A stretch of DNA of 64,000 nt, taken from Chrysomallon squamiferum. Lineage: Eukaryota > Animalia > Mollusca. Shown here piece by piece: positions 1-13,120 of this stretch. The position numbers were made by a program, and so were the translations under genes. The notes beneath the pieces are model-generated. The model was not told the DNA's origin. It was given only the letters and a program-made list of their open reading frames with translations, and searched no databases. Position 1 is the stretch's first letter. Each line of letters starts with the position of its first letter. The DNA lies in the NCBI GenBank assembly GCA_012295275.1, contig CM022677.1:16802001-16866000 (forward strand), read 5' to 3'.

Positions 1-540
1 TATACGTAGCGGTATTTTTTCAATTCGTACGCAAGGGGACCTAATTCATAACAGTCTTCTGCAGAAACGTATGTACATATAGTTCATTTACGTAACCCTC
101 TGCCTTAATTTGTATGTATCTTGAACACGGAACAGACCTGCAGCTACACCTTTTAAATCTTCGTAAGTAGGAAGACTTTTACAGATTTCATTTATTTCTG
201 CAACATCTTTCTCGTCTTCAGCAATTCCTGTCACCATAGCCGCTACATCTCGTTCCCAGTCCAAAGCGAAACGTTTAATGAATAAAAATGCACCTATAGG
301 ATTCGCTATATAGCGTAATGGATCATTGATTATTGTCCAACAATGCTTCTCCATGCTATCTGAAAGTTCTGCTAATTTTCTTATGTTTTTTCTATCTTTG
401 TTTGCCTGTGCGTAGTTTCTTAATGTTACAGCCAAATCGTTAGCTGCGTGTACATAACTGTACAGATCTGATACGGACGTGAACAGTTCTGAATTTTCAA
501 GTGATAATAAAAAGAATAAAAAAAGATATTGCTGATACAT
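1..540 (-). pseudogene. Intronless prolyl 4-hydroxylase alpha subunit, disrupted copy, runs off the window start
   Basis: Signal peptide plus SELFTSVSDLY...ANPIGAFLFIKRF...LPTYEDLKGVAAGLFRVQDTYKL. A ~13-nt deletion (NATRL missing) near 105 shifts the frame. Homology resumes in other frames (AEGYVNELYVH, then SAEDCYELGPLAYELKKYRY) with a further indel near 65. Confidence 0.85.
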
Positions 541-1088
541 CGTCCTCTCTTTTCGAATAATGTTTTTGATATACCTTTGTGTCGTTTTCCTTTGGAAATA
601 TAAATGCAGTCAGCTTTACTCGCTGTTGCTAATATTACACTTCCGAATCACCTCATAGAAAGAGAAAGACTCCTGATATGCATTTACTCAAATGTGATCA
701 GCAACATTTTGATCAGTATTTTTTCTATGAATTAAAAATAGTATTGAAAGTTTCATACGTCAGAAAGAAATAATGTACAGGAATGCGAAGAAGAAAAAAA
801 CAACTAAAAAACTAAAACTGCTTTCGACAACTGATTAAAATATAGCTCATAAATCTGTCAATTAGTTGTGTATAAAATTCTGTCTGTGGATGCGTGTGTA
901 TTTGCTTGACTATAGTGATGTGTATGTGTGTGCAAGTGTGCTGTTTGTATGTTTATATATAATATATATGTATATTAGTATGCGCACGTGTGTGTGTGCT
1001 GTTTCCATACTGATATATGGCTCTAATAAGGTAAAAAATAAAAGTAACAAAATAGATTTGCGGTAGCGTGCGATGTAATAATATCTTT

Positions 1089-1092
<4 letters not shown>

Positions 1093-1174
<82 letters not shown>
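1093..1174. repeat. (CT)n microsatellite
   Basis: Pure dinucleotide run. Similar (AG)n, (AAT)n, (ATTT)n, (AC)n and (AGT)n tracts occur throughout the window. Confidence 0.95.
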
Positions 1175-1178
<4 letters not shown>

Positions 1179-1452
1179 TTTACATCAAAGAATTAACATA
1201 TCCATCATTGTCAGGGCGTGGCTTACAAATCTTCTGAAATGGATCAGTTGCATTAACGTAATAGATTTTGCATTTTAAAATTCTCTACGATTACAAAGTT
1301 AAATATATGAATTTAGATAGAAAAAAATAGAAAAAAGAAGAAGAATGTATTGAAAAGTGATATAAATGTACAGACCTGTGATAGCCTTGAATGTTTTCGT
1401 TATGCAACAGCCACATTTTTAGAAACAAAACTGTTTGTTTATTTATTTTATT

Positions 1453-1486
<34 letters not shown>

Positions 1487-1594
1487 GAGACAGAGAGAAA
1501 CGATTCCTATATATTTCTGAACATCATCACAGACTGGGTCCTACCCTAATGTTGTTTTTTACATTATTTAGTTTTTCATGACTTAGAATACACA

Positions 1595-1650
1595 TTTTCT
1601 GTTAAGAGCAGGCTTAGACAAGGATCTGACATTAACTGTTCACTTGTTAA
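1595..1650 (-). pseudogene. Short decayed P4HA remnant
   Basis: Minus strand reads LTSEQLMSDPCL then, frameshifted, ALNRK. This matches LTNEQLMLSPVVDRAPNRK and LINEQLMIDPDLDRAVYRK in neighbouring copies. Confidence 0.55.
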
Positions 1651-2782
1651 TATTTTTCCTTTCCATTTCAATTCTAACGGAGGTACAGTTGCAATCAAGT
1701 TTTAAATAAACAGATAGATAGATAGATAGATATAGATAGATTAGTATAGCTTAATATAGCTAAGAATGAAACAAAAAAGAAGAGATAAAATCCTGTCTGT
1801 AAATTTTTTTAAAGGTGTCCTTAACAAAAGACAATAAAAAGAAAAAAAAGAAAAAAAGAAAAGAACACACAAAAAGAAGAAAAGGTAAATGTCAGAATAT
1901 TAATGTTTTAATGGCAATAATTATGATTCCCCAATAACACCTTAGTCAAATTTCTTCGTTATTCCCCCCCTTTTAATTACTTCTTTATTCGCTTAGATTC
2001 ACAAGTAGTTATCATAAATGCATTATAATAGGACCGACTACAGAGACGTATATAACAAACATAATAAAGTGCTGCATTATATATTAAGCCCTGAATTCGA
2101 ACATGATACAGGTTGGTTTGAACATAAATTTAAATAATACAGAAGACCTTACTTTGTTGTCTCATACAGTCGTGACTGCCAGAAGAAATAAAATAGTAAT
2201 ATATTAATAGGCATCTGTTCCAGAGAGCACAAGAAGAAAAAATCACCTAAATAACTGCAAAAATGTAGTTAATCTCACACAATAGCTGCGAATTTACAAG
2301 AACGGATAAAATAGGGTTTTCGATTCCTAAATTCTTAGCCTCCATGGTTAACATAACATTTTTTTGTTTGGTTTCCATACGCAGTGGACAGTAAAATGAC
2401 TAATACGAATTCAGTGACTTCGTCCAACGCGATTATTGGCATTTAAAAGAAAAAAAGAAAATACTGATACCTATTCAGTGTCGTTTCAATTAATGTTGTT
2501 TGAAATAAATATCCAGCAGTTTAATTAACAAGCACGATACACACTATAGTTTAAAACTTGCAAATATCGTAAAAATGTTCGGTGCATACTATGTCTGAGA
2601 ACAAAAATAATTAAATGATGTTGTTTTTTTTTTAATTCTAATTTTAGATAAATAAATCGATATATCCATCGATATTACGATACTGACATTTTTTTAATAA
2701 TTATTCAATATTTGTAATCTATGGCCCAACGAAAATCTTAAATACATAATCATTTTTAAACCAAGAGGTGATACAGACAGAC

Positions 2783-2906
<124 letters not shown>

Positions 2907-3469
2907 CTGGAGGGACTGGTACAAAAACAAATACAGTTCCATAAAATAAAATATTTTAAAGAAACTCATATTTGCATATACAAAAATAAAGATTTTAACT
3001 TCTAAACACATTTTAATTAATATAATATTAACTTCAACAAAATGTATTAAAAAAGAATGTTTGAAACAATATGTACCGTACCTCTATTACAATATGTACC
3101 GTACCTCTATTACAATATGTTTTTTGACATTTTGTAGCCTCGTTAAATTCCGATAACTTGTATCTGCTTTGACCTCTCTCGTATGTTGTTGATGGTATAC
3201 TTTTGATTCCGACTACTCTATAAACAATTTACGAAATTACCATCCTAGATCCAGAAATATTTTCAAAATGTTTCTCGTTGGAAGCATTAAGCCGCGTGTT
3301 TGCAGTTGTAAATTTTATTAAATTAAGTCTTTAAGTTTTTTTATCACTGTAGATGTAAATTATGCAGTTGTAAATATTATTAAATAAAGTGTATCTTAAT
3401 TAGAAATCATTTTCCAAATATCTAAATAATACAGCTACTACTGCTACTACTGCTGCGGCTGCTGCTACT

Positions 3470-3506
<37 letters not shown>

Positions 3507-4005
3507 CTACTACTACTACTACTACTAATAATAATAATAATAATAATTATTATTATTATTATTATTATTATTATAATTATAATTATAATAATCAAATAAA
3601 TACATAATAAATAAAAAGGTAGCAATATATATTTTAAACAAAGAAAATAAAATTGACATTTATTCAGTTTCGGTTCCTATTTTATATTTTCTAAAATATT
3701 AATTTCAATATGAAAACCTCTTCCCTTTTTCTTTCAGATCAAAGATGAAGGTAAATATGACCAAAAATATAATGAAAGACTTCTGTTTACAAGAATGCAT
3801 TTTGGATAAATGAGTTCTCCAATGATCATCACTGGAATATAAATCTCGACAAATAAACAAACTAAGTAAACCCAGACACAGATCATTTTTTAGTTAAATA
3901 TGAGTTCATCATTAAACACCCGGAAAAAGCATTATATGAGCAAAAAAAAAAAAAAAAAAAAAAAGTAACAGAATCTAAGTGAACATTTAAAATTAATTGC
4001 ATTAT

Positions 4006-5514
4006 TTATTCTTTTGGATTTAGTGAACATGGTCGTCTGAATAGCTGGCTCCTTTCATGAATCCAATATGTTGACACCCATTTAGAGCCAAGAACAACTG
4101 GACAAGCTGCATGCAATGTCTTCTCATTAGGGTCTCCATTCCTATATAAATTATACCAAAATAATGCTGCACCTTTTTCTGGTAACATTTTAACGCCAAG
4201 ATACGGAAAAACTGTCGCACCTCCTAATTGAACGTCACTCATATAGGTTAACCATGTAGAGATTCGGTCACCCTCGTCCGAAACAGGATCCATACCAATG
4301 TAATCCGAATGAAGACCATAGTACCCACCTATTCCGTAGTTTGCCACTTGCAGACGTTCGGAGTATTTCATGGTCAGGCCTGTTATCGCTTCGACTCTTT
4401 TCTGGATTTTCAAATCTGCATTTGTCTCGTGTGAAAACAGAAACACATGTTTGCTAATTCTGTACGTAGAATTGATAGCATTACCATCAACAATGATGCG
4501 TGATCTTCTTAAAAGTAAGTGAGAGACGGATTTAATTTCCTCAATTTCTCTGTCGCTGACAACATCGTGATAGACGATTATTGTTGGTGAGATATGAAGA
4601 ACCTCCTGCTTAGCCGGCTGCAAAACTAGGAACGGATTATTTTTATTACTATAATAACGACACTTCAACCTTTGTTTATCAACACTTTTGACTGTTTCTT
4701 CACCACGACAGAGAGCATGATCAACAATATCTGCCTTTTCAATTTTTCTTTGATCTCTACAGCTATTCAGTTTGGTATAATTTATCTTCTGGACCAATAT
4801 TCTTCGAAGATAAGAATCAGAATTAAACTTTTCCTCTGTAAGTAAAACGGATGGTTCTATGACTCCGTTCATTTCTCTGTCATACATTGCATAATTAAAG
4901 TACTCGAAGAGAGACATATTTCTGACATTTTCAATTCTTTCTTTAGTATAAGCAATCTCCATCCAAATATTGAAATAGCCATATTCTGTCATTTTGTAGG
5001 CAAGAAGGCCTAGATGATAACAGTCGTCTGCAGACAAAGAATGAACATATCGCTTATTGATAAAACCCTCTGCCAGTTTCGTCGCGTTTAATTTGTATAT
5101 ATCCTGAACACGAAATAAAGCTGCTGCAACTCCTTCCAGATCATCGTAGTTTGGAAGATTTTTACGTATTTCGTTTATTTTCTGCACTTGTAATTCAGAT
5201 ATGTTTCCTACCAGTAGAGGTGCTACTTCGCGATCCCAGTCCAAAGTAAAACGTTTAACGAATAGGTACGCACCGATCGGATTCCCTATATAACGCATCG
5301 GAACTTCTAACGCCATCCGTCTGTGTCTTTCCATGCTGTCCGAAATTTCATTAAGTTTTTTCCGTTTTTCTCCTTTAATTTCGTGTGTTAATTTTCTTAC
5401 AGCTACTGCCAATACTCCTTCGGCATGTATTGCATTGTACAGATGTGACGTGGAAAAAACGAGATCTGACGTTGTGGCTGATGCCATCAGCAACAGGAGA
5501 AACTGTATATACAT
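4006..5514 (-). CDS. P4HA: Prolyl 4-hydroxylase alpha subunit-like, intronless CDS, intact (502 aa)
   Basis: N-terminal signal peptide, P4Ha_N region (NPIGAYLFVKRFTLDW), TPR-like substrate-binding region (SADDCYHLGLLAY...WME), CRG and LKCRY motifs. 2OG-Fe(II) domain has HxD (HSD), distal His (HAACPV) and the 2OG-binding Lys (GSKW), with C-terminal RRPC. Single uninterrupted ORF. Confidence 0.95.
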   Translation of the reverse strand: MYIQFLLLLMASATTSDLVFSTSHLYNAIHAEGVLAVAVRKLTHEIKGEKRKKLNEISDSMERHRRMALEVPMRYIGNPIGAYLFVKRFTLDWDREVAPLLVGNISELQVQKINEIRKNLPNYDDLEGVAAALFRVQDIYKLNATKLAEGFINKRYVHSLSADDCYHLGLLAYKMTEYGYFNIWMEIAYTKERIENVRNMSLFEYFNYAMYDREMNGVIEPSVLLTEEKFNSDSYLRRILVQKINYTKLNSCRDQRKIEKADIVDHALCRGEETVKSVDKQRLKCRYYSNKNNPFLVLQPAKQEVLHISPTIIVYHDVVSDREIEEIKSVSHLLLRRSRIIVDGNAINSTYRISKHVFLFSHETNADLKIQKRVEAITGLTMKYSERLQVANYGIGGYYGLHSDYIGMDPVSDEGDRISTWLTYMSDVQLGGATVFPYLGVKMLPEKGAALFWYNLYRNGDPNEKTLHAACPVVLGSKWVSTYWIHERSQLFRRPCSLNPKE

Positions 5515-7364
5515 CTTTGTTCGTAGTGTATATATATATATGTTGCTTCGTAGAAATTTTCAAAGCATATTTCATGAATTTCAACATATAAATTTATAAT
5601 ATTTTTTTTCTAACTAAAATAATTTATGATAATAATTTTCGTTAAAAAAGAGCTGTGTCGACAGAAACCTGGGAAATCAATAATTCTGAGTGATATAGTA
5701 ACTGGGACACAAACGGATCTTCTATTACGACGACTTGCTAAAAATCGAGTCAGAAGTTATTTAGATATATTTAATTGTATTTTTTTCATACTCCCATGTT
5801 ATTACGTTGTTTATTTATTTAATTAATATTGTTATTTCAGCCTGACGTATGTGATCACAAATATCTGATGTGCTGACTGTGTCTAACGCAGATATACTCT
5901 TCGTTCTTATTTCATCTAAATGCCCGAATGAATGTACTTCCTTAGATGTAAAATGTTTTAATCGCGCCTTAAAATATCTTCTTAAAATACGAACGCTAAA
6001 TGTGAAAGATCGCCAATTAAATACCGAGAGAAAACAAAAGTAAAATGTTCTTCAGCAGACGAATATAACCATTATATATTTGCTTTCGTTGTATGTGATG
6101 ACCATTTTGTCTCTGTAGGACAAGGAGCGACAGTTACGTCTGTATTTCCGAGTGCATTCTACAGGCACACAATACTAAGAATGGTAGGTAGAGGCAAATT
6201 AAATCCTACAGTTAGTGCCTCACAAATTCAGACTCCGAGTAACCGAACAACTCGTTGTCGGATTAACTGTCGGACTGTTCTTAATGACTCGGAATATTAT
6301 GTTAGATATGTACGATCTTCTCTTGTATTGTTAATAATATGGAAGCTTATAATTATGTTTTATCAGCCCATTCCAAACAATAGTAATGAAAGTGATGTTC
6401 GCGAAATTAAATTTAAATTAAAAATCTCACAAAGTAACTCAGATACTAAATGGCATTCGTTGAACCAAACTATTTAATTTAAAGACTGTAGCAAATACAA
6501 AGAAGAAGATGACGAACAACAAGCAGAAAAGGTAGAAGATGAAGAAAGAAAAATTATAATCTGATAAACTCCATAATATGATCAACGTATCAACACTGTG
6601 ACAGACGAAAACGTAACTTAAATAATATTTTCAAATTCCCTAATTCCTGATGTATATTTGATCACCATTTTGATATTATACATATATAACATACATACAT
6701 ACATACATATATACATACATATTAAAAAAAGAATTATATATATTCTATTCTTTTATTTTTTTAAATGTTTAATGTCGACTTTACTAATAATTATAATATT
6801 ATATCTGAAGATGTTTTTCTTTGTGCTTATGAAATAGCAACTTTTAATATTACGCAGTTCGAGCAGAAAAGAAAAAAGAATGAATTTAAAAATACATATA
6901 TTAGCATGGACATTTTTCTTTCTTTGTTTTTAATTCTAATAATAAACTCATTGCTTGCATACGTAATAGTACAGGTTTTTGAAGATGACTGCTTTTTATT
7001 TTAATGAAAAAGAGTGAACAATTTATTTTTAATTAATTTTGTTAAACGGCCGGTTGAGGGACCTTTAAACAAAATAAAATAAATAATGTTTTGTCCAAAA
7101 AATGTTTATCAAGCACTACAGTGAATGTATCAATGCCAGCATCCGAACAAAAAGTGCTTGATTTGTTGTTTATGGTACCTAATGAGAACAGTCACCTTCA
7201 TATTCACCTTCATATTCACCCGCCAGTGGCAGCTGAAATTATTTTGTTTTTTGTTTTCATGTTTTCAATTCTTTATTGTTGTTTATTTGTTTCTTTTTTT
7301 TTTTTTTTTTTTTTTCTTTTTTTTTTCGTAATGATAATAACAATAATAATAATAATAATAATAA

Positions 7365-7399
<35 letters not shown>

Positions 7400-8235
7400 T
7401 ATATATATTTAAATATAGTAAGAAACAGATTAGACGTCGTATCAGGTCAAAGTTTCAAAAAAAAAAAAAAAAATTTTTTTTTAAATGTTGACGTTTTCAG
7501 TAATTTCTGATCAGTAATAGCGTCTATGTGTATACGAGGCATTAATTATTTTAACAAATTACGTTTAACAATCCTTGTGAAATTGATTGCATTATGAAGG
7601 AATACATGTTTTAAAGTTTGCAAACACTGACCAGCGTCGGATGCCGCCATGTTTCAAACTGCCAAATTCAACAATTTTAGTCCATTTTCTGTATTTTTTA
7701 TGATTTATACTAATAAAGTTATGGATGCTTTTTCATTTTACAAACCCATGGTGTAGAATACCTCGCCTAACTAAATGTTTACCTTAATCAAACTTTACCA
7801 ACTGGATTATTTTTGTGCAATGCGTTCATAATAAACTTAAATTATAATGTTATATCTGGTGAATGTATTAAATTTTCTAGCTGGCTATGTTCCACGTGTC
7901 AGAACCAATCAGAAAAGAATATTCAGGCGTAGTGTGTACACATTAAATTGGAGAAATCAACAGCTATTTTTTCAGTAAACGCATTTTGTGCCGTTACGAG
8001 TTATCGTTCCTTTTGATCCGTGCTACATATATAAATATAATTTGAAACATCTAGCTTTTGCTTACAGCGAAAACAGTTTTAAAATAATTCTTCTCATAAT
8101 AACAAATGAAAATAAATACAAATAAAAATAACAAATAAACAAATAAATAATTATGTAAATATTACTTACCAGACATTGATGAAAGTATTCATGACAAAAA
8201 AATTATCGTCTGCTCTTCGTAACAACTTTAAAAAC

Positions 8236-8262
8236 AGGAAGTTATGACGTAAAACCCGGAAA
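8236..8262. promoter_or_regulatory. Possible housekeeping-type promoter motif cluster (ETS/CRE-like)
   Basis: CAGGAAGT, ATGACGTA and CCCGGAA lie within ~30 bp at the edge of a CpG-containing block. A minus-strand consensus donor (G|GTAAGT) lies near 8169. Confidence 0.3.
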
Positions 8263-8632
8263 AATTATCGTCTAAACTACGGACGTATATATGACTGAAC
8301 AAGAGAAGCAGTTTAATACAGCAATACACTGTTAATGGGATAGGTTTCTCTTCATTATTTATTTATTTATTTATTTTATTATTTTTATTATTAGTAGTAT
8401 TATTATTTAATTATTTATTTATTTATCTAACTTTTAGGAAAAAAATAAACTTTAAATGTATTTATATAATTTATATTATAAAATAATCTGTATGATCAAA
8501 TTTAAATTATTAGAAAAATAAAATTTATTCTGAGATAATAATTATGACTTTATGTTTTATGCATGAGAAAACCCTCAGTTGACTGCTAAATAATTATAAA
8601 TATATAATATGTATAAACACAGAAACATGCAC

Positions 8633-8685
<53 letters not shown>

Positions 8686-11600
8686 CACATACAAGAATAT
8701 TAAAGATTTCACAACACTTTCCTAGCTGTTTTTGATTACTGTGAGAATTATGATAAAATGACTTACATCAAAGTTCACTTCTTCCACTGCTAAAACAATG
8801 AATAAAGTAAAATGAAAATGAGTTTAAACAATTGTTTTGTTGGGATGTTTTGTTTCAAATAATAAAGCCTATATAATGAGTCTATTTTCATTAATTAATT
8901 AATTAAGACTCATAATACTATTTAATAATTTTTTTTGTTCTTGTTATACAGACTTTACAGGTATTCAGCAAGTATTGTTTGCATAAACCTTCTAAACATT
9001 ATTTAATGTTTGTGTGCATCAAAGTACTGGAAAGTAATAAGAGATTATAGTTGAACTACTCATAATGCTTCACCTTTTGAAATGCTTTAGAATTTGAACT
9101 TTAAAATAATGAAACCTCAGCCTTTATAGGATTACCTAATGATTCCAGCCTTATTGGTAATCTTTATTAAACTCTGTATCAAGCTACATTATTTATAAAG
9201 TGCAACAAACACTTTTATTTTTATATTGAGTTCAGTGAGCACTTTTTATAATAATCATGTTATTACTTTCATATATTCATTTAATTAATATACTTAAGAA
9301 ATGAACCCAGGCTAAATATGTAGTTGTTGTACACATGACTGAGTGTTGTAGTACTTACCAAAGGCAGTTAGAGTAAACTGTAGAATTTATGCAAGTCCAA
9401 AATGAGCACATTTCACACAACATGGGTTACTTTTCATTTTACCTGTCCAGCAATGTATGCATTTATAATTACATTTAGAACAAGATGCAACATAATCCAG
9501 AGCTAAAGAAAAGATGCTCATTTAACATGTCAGTTAAACGCCTAGTGACCTGAATAACAGTTCTATTTATTGATAGATTTATTTATTTATTTATTATTAT
9601 TATTATTATTTCCTTTATTTCTAACCAGATTAGATTAATAAGGCAAATTAGATTAAATCACTAGTTAAATTGCATTAAAACAGTAATAAATAAAAACAAA
9701 TTTAGTCTGTTATTTTGATGAACTGATTTTCTTTAGCTGATGATTAAATACAGCTCTGACCTCATAAAGGTTTTTTGTTTCTGAGTTGTTGTTTTTTTGT
9801 TTTGTTTTTTAATATATACATCAGTTATACTAGACAACAGTGACTTAACAGTTTTCAAAAATATTTGTATAAGTATAAACTTTCTTCTGATAGAAAACCT
9901 AACTGTGTTAGAACCAAGCAGCAAAACCAGAAAATAGTCAAATACCTTACAACTAAGCTCAAAAGCAGAAGCCAAAAAAAAACCTCATAGACTGTATAAT
10001 TAATTTGACTTTCTGTTCTGCTATATTGAAATTAAAATATTTCTTTTAAAACTGTTTGTTATTATTTTATGATTTGAAGCTATATACATGTTATTATTTC
10101 TTGTAAGGCATAAAATGATCTGATTAAAAACAATTAAGACTATGGAAAATGGTATAAATGGTATTTGAGATTATTTCACAAGTGTCTTTCTTACAGGAAA
10201 TACAGGCTGAACATATCTAATCTGACCTGCTTCCATTTTGGTTTATAAGGAGATAGACTGATTTCAGTTTAAATAAGCATTCCACTTATTTAACAAACAT
10301 ACACAGTGTCTAGAGATATATTTAATTTAATTTCTAATCATTTTGTAGATTAAATCCTCTCAAAATTATTACTTTCATGGCTGATCAACAAAATATTGTG
10401 ATTTCATAAGTTATTTTAAGAGTCTTTAACTTGTATTATAGCTGACCATGAGGGTAACTATATGCAGATACAACATGAAAAAAATGTATGAAATTTTTAA
10501 AATTAATTTTTTTATTTATTTATTTATTTAAATAATTTATATTATTCTTTTATTTAGTTCTTATTTTTTATGTTTCTGTTCAGGATTCCTTTTTTTGCCC
10601 AGATCTCTTACTATGTTAGCGAAACAAATATTGTTTTCAGTCAGTCAGAATGTATTCAGATACTAGTATTTGCTCAAGGGTTTTCAGAGATTTTGTGAAA
10701 TTCCTAATGTCCTAGAAACATACTTTCACTGGTATTCCAAGCTCTCATGGGTAATATTTCTCACAAAGTTTCACCATAACTGAAGAAAAGTGAGAATCCA
10801 AGAATATATGTATAAGAGTGTTTTTATTTTATTTTTTGTTCTTTATTGTTGTTTTTTTTCTTTTTTTCTTTCCTTCTTTTTTTTTTTTTTTTTTTTTTTT
10901 GTTGTTGGTGGTGGTGGTGGAGGTGGTGGTAGTGGTTGTACTTTTTTTTTCTCTCTCTTTTGTTTTCTAATATATCTTTAATTTATCTTTTATAATTTGA
11001 ATCAGTAGACCTATAGGCTATGGGCTGTATCATTCATGTTTCTCAGATCTTTATAAGAAATAAATTACATGTAATAATTTTCTAGCTTATTTTTATTTTA
11101 TAAGGAAACATATGCATATGTGTGTTTGTATGTGTATGTGTGTTTGTGTGTGTGTGTGTGTGTATATATATATTACTCATACATCGATACATAAATCCAT
11201 ATATGCACATATCTATATATGTTTATTTGTAAAATAACACCCAAACACACACACATGCACATACACACCCATATATGTATACATATGTAAATGTATATGT
11301 ATGTGTCTATATGTATACGTGTTAAAAAGATTAAACTAGACTTAAAAGCTGTTCAAAAGTGTTCAGTGTTCATTACTATTAAAAATTATTCATTGTAACC
11401 TATAAAAGGTTTTTATGATACCTTAATTCAAGAATAATTGATTTTCAGTGAATGAATTAAAATAAATAATAATAGTATTCTATAAAAAAAAAAAAAAAAA
11501 CCATTCACCATGCTATGGTAATATGTGATTTATTAACATTTCTTTTTCATGTTTTATATCAAAGAATCTAAAAATCATAATTGTCAGATCTGTCTATTTG

Positions 11601-12424
11601 TTGCATAAAATATTCTGGAAGATATCACCTGGCCAACCTGTTGTACGAATATATGAGAACACGTATTTTAAAACTGTATGAATATATGAATTTAGATTAA
11701 AAGAAATATCCATATTATGGATTTAAAACTGTCATGAAATTCTAACTGACTATAATTTTGTAATGTATTTTTTTTTCTTTTCATTTTTTTTTTTTTTTTT
11801 GTATTATTTTTCTGTTTTAGTCCAGTTCAGTTTAGTTCACATTATATTAGTTTAGATTAGGTTAAATTAGTTAAATTTATATAAATTTAGTATAGTTTAG
11901 TTAATTACTTCTTTATTTTCAGTTTCTGATTTCTTGTTACATGATGTATGGGGAACATTGTTATGTTTTTCTTGATTTATTTCAAGAGATCTGTTTGCCT
12001 TTGATTGTTAGTTTTTTTGTGTTTTTTTCACTTCATTTTTTTCCATTCGTACTTTCTGACAGTTTATTTCCAGCCAGATCAATGAATAATACTAATATTT
12101 CATTCTGTCACAAAAGGACACAGGTTGTAAGACCTTAGCAACCACACATATGATTTAGATGCAGCATGCTCATCAAATACAGAGACAATAATTTTTGCCA
12201 AATAAAAAATATGGAAATGCATCACTCAGTTCATAATTAAATTACAGAGGATTTTTTATAATTTTCAAAATTATTTGAAATTTCTATTAATTTCCACTTC
12301 AGCCTTTTATTTTTGTATGCAAGAATGTAGTTCAGTATTGCTGAATCTCTTTCTCTGACATAGTAAGTTATAGGACACAGATATAAACAGTTTTAAATTT
12401 AAAATGAGAAGACAAGGAATGAAA

Positions 12425-12520
12425 GAAGATATTCTTGACTATGTGGGACAGAGAGAACAGACATTAAATCTCACAAATAAACACATAATGTTAGATCCCA
12501 GACTTGAAAGTGCTCTATGA
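12425..12520 (+). pseudogene. Decayed P4HA remnant on the plus strand
   Basis: Reads EDILDYVGQREQTLNLTNKHIMLDPRLESAL*, matching ELLEYA...VGQIEQALYLINEQLMIDPDLDRAV of the adjacent copy. Fainter similarity may extend over ~12120-12640. Confidence 0.65.
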
Positions 12521-13120
12521 TAATCTAACTGTCATTTGTTTAGAATCCATATCAGTTATATCCGAACTGTTAAAATATTGCAACAGATATTCTTACAACT
12601 TAGAACATACCTTTGAAGAAGAACCAATATGTATCACCAGAACTTTCTTTTAATTCTCTTTTTTTTTTCCAGTTGCTATACAGTTCTGTACAAGAAGTAA
12701 GATAGCTGACAAAAGCATTAAGAAATTGTACACAAGCATAATATAAAGAAAGAAAAAAATGGAAAAAAAAAAAAATGGTTCTGAACAAAATGGAAGGGCA
12801 TGGTTTGAACTTAAAAATGTCTTATATAGCCAAGCCAAAAAGGAACACGAGAAGCAATAAAAAGTACTACTTTTCGATATCGATTGATTGATTGATTTAT
12901 CTTTTCTTATGTCTTATTTATTGTTTTACCTAACAGAATTATCATCATCATCATCATCATTATTACTACAGTTCTTTTCTTATCCTTTCCTTTCCTTTTC
13001 TTTTTTCTCACTTGTTCATAGCCTACTAGAAAAAAGATGGTTATAAATATTTACCAAAAAAACTATTGAATTTATAAAAAAAAATAAAAATATTTTTGGA
13101 CCATGTTAGCAACATCTTAC

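Noticed and set aside
2230-2345. Possible further P4HA N-terminal remnant (VNSQLL)
   Set aside because: The match is too short to distinguish from chance.
3941-3964. A-run next to the intact P4HA as a retrocopy poly(A) tail
   Set aside because: The gene is on the minus strand, so the run is poly(T) in the sense direction.
7040-8100. Possible non-autonomous DNA transposon (TTAA-AGG-like end near 7065)
   Set aside because: No matching second terminus or target-site duplication could be identified by eye.
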